A program made the translations under genes and the position numbers. Under the pieces are notes generated by a model. It was given only the letters and a program-made list of their open reading frames with translations. It had not been told where the DNA came from and ran no database searches. Positions 19,895 to 29,100 of a stretch of DNA of 64,000 bases are shown here, one piece after another. Source of the stretch: Piscinibacter sp. Lineage in GTDB: Bacteria; Pseudomonadota; Gammaproteobacteria; Burkholderiales; Burkholderiaceae_C. Location: NCBI RefSeq assembly GCF_047600445.1, contig NZ_JASGKT010000001.1, positions 454,853 through 518,852 on the forward strand. The letters run 5' to 3'. The stretch's first letter is position 1. Each line of letters starts with the position of its first letter.

Positions 19895-20893
19895 ATGGAC
19901 CGCACCGAACGCTTCTACAAGATCGAGATGCTGCTCAGGAGCCGCGGCAGCGTCGGCTTCGCCGCGCTGCGCGAGGAGCTGGCCGTCTCGCCCGCGACGC
20001 TCAAGCGCGACCTGCAATACCTGCGCGACCGGCTGTACGCGCCCATCGTCTACGACGCCTTCGACAAGGGCTACCGCTTCGACAGCGGCGCCGCCGCGCC
20101 GCGCGGCGCGCGCCACGAGCTGCCCGGCCTGTGGTTCAGCGAGCACGAGATCCACGCGCTGCTGACCATGCACCAGTTGCTCGCGGGCCTGGACGACGAC
20201 GGCGTGCTGTCGCGCCACCTGCAGCCGCTGCTGGAGCGGCTGCAAGGACTGATCGGCGCCGACGCCGCCGAGTCGCGCGAGCTGATGCGGCGCATCAAGG
20301 TGATCGGCACTGCGCGCCGGCGCGTGCCCAGCCGCTGGTTCGAACTGCTGGGCAGCGCGCTGCTGCAGCGCAAGCGCGTGCGGCTGCGCTACTTCAAGCG
20401 CAGCGACCGGCGCGAGAGCGAACGCGAGGTCTCGCCGCAGCGCCTGGTGCACTACCGCGCCACCTGGTACCTGGACGCCTGGTGCCACCGCAGCGACGCG
20501 CTGCGCCGCTTCGCGCTCGACGCGGTGCGCGAGGCCGGCGTGCTCGACGCCCGGGCGAAGAGCCTGCCGCTGCGCGAGCTGGAGGCGGCGCTGGACGCCG
20601 GCTACGGCATCTACGGCGCCAGCGGCGCGAAGCTGAAGTGGGCCACGCTGCGCTTCGTGCCCGACGCCGCGCAGTGGGTGGCCAGCGAGGAGTGGCATCC
20701 GCAGCAGAAGTCGCGCCACCTGAGCGACGGCCGCTACGAGCTGCAGGTGCCCTATGCCGACGCCACCGAGCTGTCGATGGACATCCTGCGCCACGGCGAC
20801 AGCGTGCAGGTGGTGGGTGACAAGGCGCTGGCCGCCGCGATCGCGCAGCGGCTGCGGCGCGCCGCGGCGCAGTACCGAGAACACCCCGAGTGA
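19895..20893 (+). CDS. WYL-domain transcriptional regulator (HTH-WYL-WCX architecture)
   Basis: 332 aa. N-terminal HTH: FAALREELAVSPATLKRDLQYLRD. WYL core: SPQRLVHYRATWYLDAWCHRSDALRRFALD. C-terminal WCX-like region: ...DGRYELQVPYADATELSMDILRHGDSVQVV. Confidence 0.85.
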   Translation: MDRTERFYKIEMLLRSRGSVGFAALREELAVSPATLKRDLQYLRDRLYAPIVYDAFDKGYRFDSGAAAPRGARHELPGLWFSEHEIHALLTMHQLLAGLDDDGVLSRHLQPLLERLQGLIGADAAESRELMRRIKVIGTARRRVPSRWFELLGSALLQRKRVRLRYFKRSDRRESEREVSPQRLVHYRATWYLDAWCHRSDALRRFALDAVREAGVLDARAKSLPLRELEAALDAGYGIYGASGAKLKWATLRFVPDAAQWVASEEWHPQQKSRHLSDGRYELQVPYADATELSMDILRHGDSVQVVGDKALAAAIAQRLRRAAAQYREHPE

Positions 20894-20982
20894 CCGCATG
20901 CGCCGCGCGGGCTAGCATGGTTCTTGCGGCGGCCACCAGCCGCCTCAATCCCTTGTTCACCCCTCACCGAGGAACACTCTCC

Positions 20983-21867
20983 ATGCGCAGACTCTCTCTC
21001 TCGCTCATCGCCGTCGCCTGTGCCCTGCCGTTCGCGGCCCAAGCGCAATCCACGCTCGACAAGGTCAAGGCCAGCGGCAGCATCGGCGTGGCCTACCGCG
21101 AGTCGTCGATCCCGTTCAGCTACCTCGACGACAAGGCGCAGCCCACCGGCTTCGGCTGGGAGATCTGCGGCAAGATCGTCGACGAGGTGAAGAAGGCCAC
21201 CGGCCGCGCCGACCTGAAGGTCACCACGCAGGCGGTGACCTCGGCCAACCGCATTCCGCTGCTGGCGAACGGCACCATCGACATCGAGTGCGGCTCCACC
21301 ACCAACAACAGCGAGCGCGCCAAGCAGGTGGCCTTCGCGACCAACTATTTCTACACCGGCACGCGCTTCCTGGTGAAGGCCGGCACGGCGGTCAAGACGC
21401 TGGCCGACCTGAAGGGCAAGACGGTGGTCTCGACCACGGGCACCACGAACTTCAAGATCATCCGCTCGCTCAACGACGAGCAGAAGCTCGGCATCGACCT
21501 GATCGGCGCGAAAGACCACGCCGAGGCCGCGCTGCTGGTGCAAAGCGGCCGCGCGGTGGCCTTCGCGATGGACGACATCCTGCTGTACGGCCTGAAGGCC
21601 AGCGCCGCGAACCCGGCCGAGCTGGCCGTGGTGGGCGACCCGATCCAGGTCGAGCCCTACGCGATCATGCTGCGCAAGGACGACCCGGCATTCAAGAAGC
21701 TGGTCGACGACACGCTGGCCACCATGATGAAGAGCGGCGAGTTCGAGCGGCTCTACAAGAAGTGGTTCGAGTCGCCGATCCCGCCCAAGGGCATCAACCT
21801 GCAGGCGCCGATGAGCCAGGAGCTGAAGGACAACCTCAAGGCCTTGTCGGACAAGCCGGCGACTTGA
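20983..21867 (+). CDS. Amino-acid ABC transporter substrate-binding protein (Glu/Asp GltI-like), orphan
   Basis: Start taken at MRRLSLSLIAVACALPFAAQA (signal peptide). The body is SBP_bac_3-like (GVAYRESSIPFSY..., GTIDIECGSTTNN.ER...). No permease or ATPase gene is adjacent. Confidence 0.88.
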   Translation: MRRLSLSLIAVACALPFAAQAQSTLDKVKASGSIGVAYRESSIPFSYLDDKAQPTGFGWEICGKIVDEVKKATGRADLKVTTQAVTSANRIPLLANGTIDIECGSTTNNSERAKQVAFATNYFYTGTRFLVKAGTAVKTLADLKGKTVVSTTGTTNFKIIRSLNDEQKLGIDLIGAKDHAEAALLVQSGRAVAFAMDDILLYGLKASAANPAELAVVGDPIQVEPYAIMLRKDDPAFKKLVDDTLATMMKSGEFERLYKKWFESPIPPKGINLQAPMSQELKDNLKALSDKPAT

Positions 21868-21931
21868 TCGGCGACACGAAGCCGCGCCTTCCTCACATCT
21901 GGCGATGCCGGATGTGCGCGTCTTGACGACA

Positions 21932-21971
21932 GTGCCTCCGTGCCGCATTCCTGCGGCTTCAACGGAGGCAC
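21932..21971 (+). promoter_or_regulatory. Long nested hairpin sequestering the Shine-Dalgarno sequence of the downstream lipoprotein gene
   Basis: GTGCCTCCGT-GCCGCA-ttcc-TGCGGC-ttca-ACGGAGGCAC: perfect 10-bp outer and 6-bp inner stems. GGAGG (21964-21968) lies in the 3' arm and the ATG is at 21975. Confidence 0.5.
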
Positions 21972-21974
21972 TTC

Positions 21975-24194
21975 ATGACGCGCATTCCCTTCCGACCCAT
22001 TCCGCTCGTCGCCGCGCTGGCCGGCAGCATCGCCTTGCTGGCCGCCTGTGGCGGCGGCTCGTCCGGCGGTTCGGACGAGCCGGGCCCGGCGACCACCGTC
22101 GTCGGCGTCGCCGCCAACGGCGAGCCGATCGCCGGAGCGACCGTCACGCTGGTCGATGCCGACGGCGCCTCGGTCGATCCGGCGGCGGTGACCACCGCGG
22201 CCGACGGCAGCTTCAGCATCGTCGGCCGGAACCTGCGCGCGCCGTTCTCGCTGCGAGTCTCCTTCACGCAGGACGGGGTGGCGCGCACGCTCTACTCGGT
22301 GCTGCCGACGGCCACCGCCGGCGCCGCCAACACCGCCAACATCACGCCGCTGACCGACGCCATCGCGGTGCTGGTGGCGCCCGGCGGCAACCCGGCGGCG
22401 CTGAGCGATCCGGCGCAGCTCGCCGCCGCATTCAGCGGCGCGAATGCCGATGCCTTCGCCAATGCGGTGGCTTCGCTGATGGCGGTGCTCAACAGCGACC
22501 CGACGATCGCGGCGGCGCTGGCGGCGGCCGCCGGCGCCGGCGGCACCTACAACCCGGTGACGACCACGTTCGCCGCGACCGGCGGCGGCGTCGACGCGGT
22601 ACTCGACCAGATCACCGTGAAGACCAACCCGAGCGACATGCCGGCCGGCACGGTGACGATCCAGAACAATGCGCAGGCGGCCACGAGCAACGGCGTCGCG
22701 CCGCCCGCGACGCTGACGCCCGCGACCACGCCGGCCACGGCGCCGACGCTGCCGCCGACGGCGAGCGACCTGCCGACGGCCGCCGAACTGGATGCGATCG
22801 CGGCGCGCTGGACGGCGTGTTACGCGCTGCCGGCGGCGCAGCGCGTGACGGCCACCGACGCGAACGGCTCGCCCACCGCCCTGGCCGCCGCCTGCGAGGC
22901 CGACGTGCCGGACTTCAAGGTCAACGGCTACTCCTGGATGGCGTCGCAGGGCGCCAGCCTGCTCAACCCCAATCTCGACGGCGCGAAGTTCCAGCGCCCG
23001 GCGATCCTGCTGGTGGTGCCGGCGGCGAACCTGAGCGATCCGAAAGAGATCAAGAACCCTTACTGCAACACCGCGCAGTGCGTGGCGGTCGACATGCGCG
23101 CCACGCTGCCGGCGGCCAACAACCAGGCGACGCGCCGTGCGCTGCTGCTGGCGAAGGTGGACGGCGCGTGGAAGTTCGTCGGCAACCAGCGGCCCTACGA
23201 CTACGACGTGCAGCTGCGTCTGCAGCGCTACGTCAACCGCAATGCGGCGCCCGCCAATCCGGCCGGCTATTCCTCGCGGTCGCGCTACGAGGCCGTGCTG
23301 CGCCTGATGCTCGATCCGTCCGGCCCCGGCATGAACGGCGTGCGCGCGGCGCGGGTCAGCGGCCCCGGGCTGCCGGCGGCCGGCGTGGTGCTGTCGCGTT
23401 CGTCGCGCTGCACCTCCGACCGCATGGTGATCGTCAGCAAGACCGGCGACACCTACGTGGTCGACGGCGGCGTCAACCAGCCGCGCTACTGGACCGGCAA
23501 CGCGAGCGTGGACTTCAAGGTCGGGGCCGAATTCCTCACCGGCGAAGGGCCGGGCGGCGCGTGGCCGGGGGCCAACGTGGACTACGCCGACACGCCGGAG
23601 GGAACCACCGAGGCGCTGGTGCCCTACGGCACCTACAAGTGGGAGTTCTTCTTCTTCGGCAGCGCGACGCCGGACCAGCCCGACCGGATCGCCTATCACC
23701 GCCTGATCGTCAGCGACCCCGACTTCAATCCCTACGTCGACAACGCCGCCGGCTGGTGGCCGACGCTGGCGCCGGCCAGCGTGGCCGCCTACCTCAGCCC
23801 GACGGGCAGCGGCGCCGGCGCGCTGACCGACGTGTCGCTGTCGTGGACGGCGCCCGCGCTGCTCGGCCGCGTCGACAGCGCCTACCTGTTCGGGCAGAAC
23901 AACGCGATCGTCGACGGCACCAGCTACAACAAGCGCACCATCCTCTCGCCCCGGATCGCCAAGCCGGGCGACACGACGGCCAGCGTGACGGGCGGCCGGA
24001 CGCCGTGGGCCTCGGGCATCTCGACCTCGACCTACACCGCCGGCATCGCCGCGGCGCAGAACCCGCGTTGCAGCGAGGCCGACAAATCGCTGGTGCCGCT
24101 GGCCGGCGTGGCGGGTGACTACCGCGAACTCGGGCTCACCACCACGTTGGCCAACGGGATGCAACTGGTCTCGATCGACTACTGGGCGCCCTGA
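21975..24194 (+). CDS. Large hypothetical lipoprotein (739 aa) with an N-terminal carboxypeptidase-regulatory-like beta-sandwich
   Basis: Signal peptide plus lipobox LLAACGG. VVGVAANGEPIAGATVTLVDADGASV...DGSFSI resembles CarboxypepD_reg-type domains. The remaining 600 or so aa are unassignable. Composition is normal, unlike the two overlapping shadow ORFs. Confidence 0.75.
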   Translation: MTRIPFRPIPLVAALAGSIALLAACGGGSSGGSDEPGPATTVVGVAANGEPIAGATVTLVDADGASVDPAAVTTAADGSFSIVGRNLRAPFSLRVSFTQDGVARTLYSVLPTATAGAANTANITPLTDAIAVLVAPGGNPAALSDPAQLAAAFSGANADAFANAVASLMAVLNSDPTIAAALAAAAGAGGTYNPVTTTFAATGGGVDAVLDQITVKTNPSDMPAGTVTIQNNAQAATSNGVAPPATLTPATTPATAPTLPPTASDLPTAAELDAIAARWTACYALPAAQRVTATDANGSPTALAAACEADVPDFKVNGYSWMASQGASLLNPNLDGAKFQRPAILLVVPAANLSDPKEIKNPYCNTAQCVAVDMRATLPAANNQATRRALLLAKVDGAWKFVGNQRPYDYDVQLRLQRYVNRNAAPANPAGYSSRSRYEAVLRLMLDPSGPGMNGVRAARVSGPGLPAAGVVLSRSSRCTSDRMVIVSKTGDTYVVDGGVNQPRYWTGNASVDFKVGAEFLTGEGPGGAWPGANVDYADTPEGTTEALVPYGTYKWEFFFFGSATPDQPDRIAYHRLIVSDPDFNPYVDNAAGWWPTLAPASVAAYLSPTGSGAGALTDVSLSWTAPALLGRVDSAYLFGQNNAIVDGTSYNKRTILSPRIAKPGDTTASVTGGRTPWASGISTSTYTAGIAAAQNPRCSEADKSLVPLAGVAGDYRELGLTTTLANGMQLVSIDYWAP

Positions 24195-24222
24195 GGCGCC
24201 GTGGCACGACGCGGCGAGGCGA

Positions 24223-24462
24223 TCAGATCCCCAGGATCTTCTTCGCCTCGCCCAGCGCCTTCATCGAATCGTCGTGCTTGCCGGCCTTGTGCGCCGTCTC
24301 GCCGTCGGCGCGCAACTGCTTCACCTTCGCGGCGTCGGCGTCGCCGAGCTTGGGGCTGGTGGCCAGCTTGGCGTCGATGGCCTTCATCTCGTTGGGGCAG
24401 TTGTGGGCCAGGGCGGTGCCGGCGGCCAGGGCGAGGGACAGCGCCATCAGGGCGTTCTTCAT
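24223..24462 (-). CDS. Small secreted helical protein (79 aa; predicted mature N-terminus His-Asn-Cys-Pro)
   Basis: Strong SD GAGGAG 7 nt upstream of MKNALMALSLALAAGTALA|HNCPNEM.... Last gene of the RND-2 gene string. No family recognised. Confidence 0.6.
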   Translation of the reverse strand: MKNALMALSLALAAGTALAHNCPNEMKAIDAKLATSPKLGDADAAKVKQLRADGETAHKAGKHDDSMKALGEAKKILGI

Positions 24463-24525
24463 CGTGGACTCCTCGTGAAGAAGGCGGCCAGGATGGGCCG
24501 CGCTGCGAATCTGCGCCGGGCGTTC

Positions 24526-24542
24526 CCCTGTGCGCAACAGGG
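24526..24542. promoter_or_regulatory. Palindrome CCCTGT-gcgca-ACAGGG between the repressor gene and the small secreted-protein gene
   Basis: 6-bp perfect arms with no U-tract. It shares CCCTGT with the operator-like site at 30470-30485. Confidence 0.3.
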
Positions 24543-24553
24543 TTGCTCGCCGT

Positions 24554-24844
24554 TCAGCGGATCTTGCCCAGCAGCGTCTCGACGTTGTCGAGCATCTGGC
24601 CCAGGTCGGCTTGGGCCGCGGGCTTGTCGCCGAGCCGGGCGGCCAGCTCCTGCTCCATGAAACACACCGTCATGCGCACGTAGGCGCTGTCCAGCGCCTT
24701 GCGCACCGCCGACATCTGGCCGGCGATCGCCAGGCACTCCTCGCCTTCCTCGATCATGCGCTGGATGCCGCGCAACTGGCCTTCGGCGCGCCGCAGGCGG
24801 TGCAGCAGGTCGGTGCGGGACTTCTCGTCGTTCAGGACGGGCAT
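24554..24844 (-). CDS. CsoR/RcnR/FrmR-family (DUF156) transcriptional repressor
   Basis: 96 aa from MPVLNDEKSRTDLLHRLRRAEGQLRGIQRMIEEGEEC.... The helix pattern and ...QMSAVRKAL... are diagnostic of the family. By eye, the fingerprint is Pro2, Cys37, Cys61, Phe62 (at the usual His position) and Glu66. The start is unsupported by an SD, and the alternative start adds 17 aa. Confidence 0.85.
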   Translation of the reverse strand: MPVLNDEKSRTDLLHRLRRAEGQLRGIQRMIEEGEECLAIAGQMSAVRKALDSAYVRMTVCFMEQELAARLGDKPAAQADLGQMLDNVETLLGKIR

Positions 24845-24926
24845 GGTGCAGGACGGCGCGCTGGACACGGCCGGAGTCGTCGGGCGGGCAGCCATTGTGT
24901 GCGATACCGTGCGACGCCGCCGTGGT

Positions 24927-25949
24927 TCACGCCGCGCCCGGCTGCGCGTGGATGGGCACCACCGCCGGCCCCTCGGCCACCAGCAGCGTGCCGGCGCGCA
25001 GGCCGCGCAGCGTGGCGGCGCTCAGCGCGAGGATCACCAGCGAAGCGAGCGCCAGCAGCGCCAGCGCCGGCACGCGCAGCCAGGCGCCGTCGGGCGTGGC
25101 GGCCAGGCGCAGCGACAGCACCACCAGCGCGGCGAGCGGGAAGCTCATGCCCCAGTGCGGTATGCCGAAGGGCAGCGCGGCGATGCGGCGCAGCTGCGTG
25201 CCGGCCCACAGCGCGTGGAACAGCGCCATGCCCCACAGCATCCACGGCAGCGGCGCGGGCGCGCCGTACTGCAGCGCCGCGATGCCCACCACCGCCGGCG
25301 GCGCGATGAAGATGAACAGCGAGGGCAGCAGCCGCTCGGGCGGCATGCCGGCCTGCGCGGTGCGCACGAAGTTCAGCACCAGCACCACCGGCCAGAACAG
25401 CAGCCCCAGGCCGAACTGCGCCGAGGCCCAGGCCGCGTGACCGAGCGGCACGCCGGCCAGCGGCGCGAGCACGTTGCCGACGATGGGAATGATCAGCACC
25501 GGCGTCACCGCGCTCCAGTTCGGCTTGTGGCCGGGGCCACCGGCCGGGCCGGCGGTCCATTTGGCCAGCACCCACAGCGTGATGCCGAACTGCGCCAGCG
25601 AGGCGATCCACCACAGCGTGCGTGCGCCCGGAACCTCGGGCCCGAACAGCGCCACGGCGAGCGTGGCCAGCAGCAGCCCGGAGATCGGGATGGCGGCGAA
25701 GAAGGTGTGGCGCACCGGATGCGCGAGGTCGTCGCGCAGCGCCTGCGCGTGGCGCCGGCGGCGCAGCAGCATCGCCGCGGCCAGCAGCACGAACAGCAGC
25801 GCCGCGACGGCGGCGGCCACCAGCGCGATGCCCTGCGCGGCCTCGCCCATCAGCGGCGCGGCGCGGTGCCAGGCCAGCCCCAGGCCCGACCAGCCCATCA
25901 CGATGGCGAACCAGCCGGGGAACAGGTGCGCGAGCGGTTTGTCGTTCAT
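24927..25949 (-). CDS. TDT-family anion channel/transporter (TehA / SLAC1 / Mae1 / Ssu1 family)
   Basis: 340 aa with about 10 TM segments. FPGWFAIVMGWSGLGLAW and the overall pattern are typical of TehA-like proteins. Confidence 0.85.
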   Translation of the reverse strand: MNDKPLAHLFPGWFAIVMGWSGLGLAWHRAAPLMGEAAQGIALVAAAVAALLFVLLAAAMLLRRRRHAQALRDDLAHPVRHTFFAAIPISGLLLATLAVALFGPEVPGARTLWWIASLAQFGITLWVLAKWTAGPAGGPGHKPNWSAVTPVLIIPIVGNVLAPLAGVPLGHAAWASAQFGLGLLFWPVVLVLNFVRTAQAGMPPERLLPSLFIFIAPPAVVGIAALQYGAPAPLPWMLWGMALFHALWAGTQLRRIAALPFGIPHWGMSFPLAALVVLSLRLAATPDGAWLRVPALALLALASLVILALSAATLRGLRAGTLLVAEGPAVVPIHAQPGAA

Positions 25950-25952
25950 TTT

Positions 25953-26177
25953 TCAGCGCGAGCAGGCCGAGCCCCCGTCCTTCAGGCCGAGCCTGCGCAG
26001 CAGGAAGCTCGGCGGGCAGAAGCCGGTGATGCCCGACTGGAACAGGTTCGCGCCGACGAAGGCGGTGAAGGCGAGGAACCAGCGGCTGACGAAGATCGGG
26101 CTGCCTTCGACGCCCAGCGCGAGCGAGAGCAGCACGAAGAAGCCGGCCATGATGCGCACGGCGCGTTCGACGGTCAT
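25953..26177 (-). CDS. DUF2892 (YgaP C-terminal-like) small membrane protein
   Basis: 74 aa. VERAVRIMAGFFVLLSLALG...FVGANLFQSGITGFCP is the DUF2892 signature. The ATG overlaps the RND stop codon (ATGA). Confidence 0.75.
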   Translation of the reverse strand: MTVERAVRIMAGFFVLLSLALGVEGSPIFVSRWFLAFTAFVGANLFQSGITGFCPPSFLLRRLGLKDGGSACSR

Positions 26178-29100
26178 GTGGAACTCCTGGGTTGGATGCG
26201 CCGCCGGTACAGCGCGAAATAAAGAACCGGGATGACGACCAGCGTCAACAGCGTCGAGACGAAGATGCCGAAGATCAGCGAAACCGCCAGGCCGTTGAAG
26301 ATCGGGTCGTCGAGGATGAAGAAGGCGCCGGTCATCGCGGCCAGGCCGGTCAGCGCGATCGGCTGCGCGCGCACCGCGGCCGCGGCGACCACCGCGTCCT
26401 CGAAGGGCCGGCCCCGCGCGAGCTGCAGCTCGATGAAGTCGACCAGCAGGATGGAGTTGCGCACGATGATGCCGGCCAGCGCGATCATGCCGATCATCGA
26501 GGTGGCGGTGAACTGCGCGCCGAGCAGCGCGTGGCCGGGCATCACGCCGATGAGGGTCAGCGGGATCGGCGCCATGATCACCAGCGGCGTCAGGTAGCTG
26601 CGGAACTGCGCCACCACCAGCAGGTAGATCAGCACCAGGCCGACCGCGTAGGCCGCGCCCATGTCGCGGAAGGTCTCGTAGGTGATCTGCCACTCGCCGT
26701 CCCACTTCAGCGCGACCTCGCGGTACGGGTCGCCCGGCTGGCGGATCCAGTACTCGCCGGGCCCGGCGTCGCCGAGCCGGGCGCGCACCGCGAACAGGCC
26801 GTACAGCGGCGAGTCGACCAGGCGGCGCTCGTCGCCGGCCACCGCGCGCTCGCCGACGTCGCCGAGCACGTAGACCACCGGCTGCAAGTCCTTGGTGTGC
26901 AGCGGCTTGTCGATCACGCCGCGCTCGACGCGCACGAGTTCGGACAGCGGCACCAGTGGTCCGCCCGCCGCGCGCAGCGGCAGCGCCAGCAGCGCGTCCA
27001 GCCCGAACTGCTGTTCGGCGGGCAGTTGCAGCCGCACCGGCACCGGGTACTTGCTGTGGCCGTCGTGCAGGTAGCTCGCGTCGGCGCCCGACAGCGCGGC
27101 GTGCACCGTCTGCGCGATCACGGCGACCGGGATGCCCAGCGTCTCGGCGCGCTGGCGCTCGATGCGCAGCCAGGCGCGCGGCGCGTCGGCGGCCAGCGTG
27201 CTGTCGATGCCGACGATGTGCGCGGTCTCGCCGAACGCCTTCAGCAACTGCTCGGCGGCGTGCGTGCGCATCGCCTCGTCGGGCCCGTAGACCTCGGCCA
27301 CCAGCGGCGCCAGCACCGGCGGGCCGGGCGGCACCTCCACCACCTTCAGCCGCGCGCCGTGCTCGGCGGCGATGGCGTCCAGCGCCGGGCGCAGGCGCTG
27401 CGCGATGGCATGGCTCTGCTCGTGGCGCCGCGACTTGTCGACCAGGTTGACCTGCAACTCGCCCTGCTCGGCGTCGGCGCGCAGGTAGTACTGGCGCACC
27501 AGGCCGTTGAAGGTGATCGGGCTGGCGGTGCCGGCGTAACCCTGCAGGTCGCGCACCTCGGGCTGCTGCGCGAGCTGCGCGCCCAGCCGCTGCAGCGTCG
27601 CGGCGGTCTGCTCCAGCGGCGTGCCGGCGGGCATCTCCAGCACCACCTGGAACTCGCTCTTGTTGTCGAAGGGCAGCATCTTCAGCACCACCCACTGCAC
27701 CACCGCCAGCCCGGCCGACAGCAGCAGCGCGGCGACGATGCCCGCCAGCAGCAGCCAGCGCTTGCGCGCGCTGGCCAGCAGCGGGCGCAGCACGCGCTCG
27801 AACAGGCGCTGCAAGCGTGTCGGCGCGTTCGTCGCCACGGCGTGGTCGCCGCCGCCGTGGGGCTTCATCAGGTGCAGCGCCAGCCAGGGCGTGACCGTGA
27901 AGGCGATCGCCAGCGACAGCGCCATGCCCAGGCTGGAGTTGATCGGGATCGGGCTCATGTACGGCCCCATCAGCCCGCTGACGAAGGCCATCGGCAGCAG
28001 CGCGGCGATCACCGTCAGCGTGGCGAGGATGGTCGGCCCGCCGACCTCGTCGACCGCCGCCGGGATGATGTCGGACAGCGGCCTGCCGGGCGCCAGCGCC
28101 TGGTGGCGGTGGATGTTCTCGACCACCACGATGGCGTCGTCGACCAGGATGCCGATCGAGAAGATCAGCGCGAACAGCGAGACGCGGTTCAGCGTGAAGC
28201 CCCAGGCCCAGGACGCGAACAGCGTGGCGGCGAGCGTGAGCACGACCGCCGCGCCCACGATCACCGCCTCGCGCCGGCCCAGCGCCAGGCCCACCAGCAG
28301 GATCACCGAGCCGGTGGCGAAGGCCAGCTTCTGGATCAGCTTGTTGGCCTTCTCGGCGGCCGTCTCGCCGTAGTCGCGCGTGATGCTCGCCTCCACGCCC
28401 TGCGGCAGCACCGTGTTGCGCAGCTCGGCCAGGCGCTCGCGCGCGGCGCGCGCCACGTCGACGGCGTTGCTGCCCGGCTTCTTGGTGATCGTGATCGTCA
28501 CCGCCGGCTGCGCCGCGCCGGCGGCGTCCGATGCCGCCGCGCCCGGCGTGAACCAGACGTAGCGCCGCGGCTGCCGGGCGCCGTCCTCGATGCGCGCGAC
28601 TTCCGACAGCCGCACCGGCTTGCCGCCGGACACGCCGACGATCAGCTCGCCGACCTCGGCCGCCGAGCGCAGGAACTCGCCGGTCTCGACGCCGAGCAGG
28701 CGCGGCTGCGCGGCGCCGTCGTCGAGCACCGCGCCCGAGGGCATGGCCTGGTTGGCGGCCGCCAGCGTGGTTTGCAGCCGCGCGATGTCGATGCCGCGCT
28801 CGCGCAGCCGGCCGGGGTCGAGCCAGACGTTCACCGCGCGCCCCGGGCCGCCGATCGTCGTCACCTCGCGCACGCCGGCCACGCGCTTGAGCTCGGCCTC
28901 CATCGTGTGCGCCACGCGCTCCAGTTCGGCGGCGCTGGCGCCCTCGCGCGTCCACAGCGTGACGGCCAGCACCGGCACGTCGTCGATGCCCTTGGGCTTG
29001 ACCACCGGCGGCAGCACGCCGAGGTTGGCGGGCAGCCAGTCCTGGTTGGCGTCGAGCACGTCGTACAGCCGCACCAGCGCCTCGGTGCGCGGCACGCCGA

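Noticed and set aside
18632-20899. ORFs 18632..20899 - (755 aa) and 18637..20820 + (727 aa) spanning the WYL locus
   Set aside because: They are Arg/Ala/Gly-rich shadows. The two shorter ORFs (18649..19737 - and 19895..20893 +) have normal composition, recognisable motifs and sensible signals.
21753-24164. ORFs 21753..24164 - (803 aa) and 21905..24118 + (737 aa)
   Set aside because: These are shadow frames of the 739-aa lipoprotein gene. Their composition is about 25% Arg/Gly, with no signal peptide or motifs.
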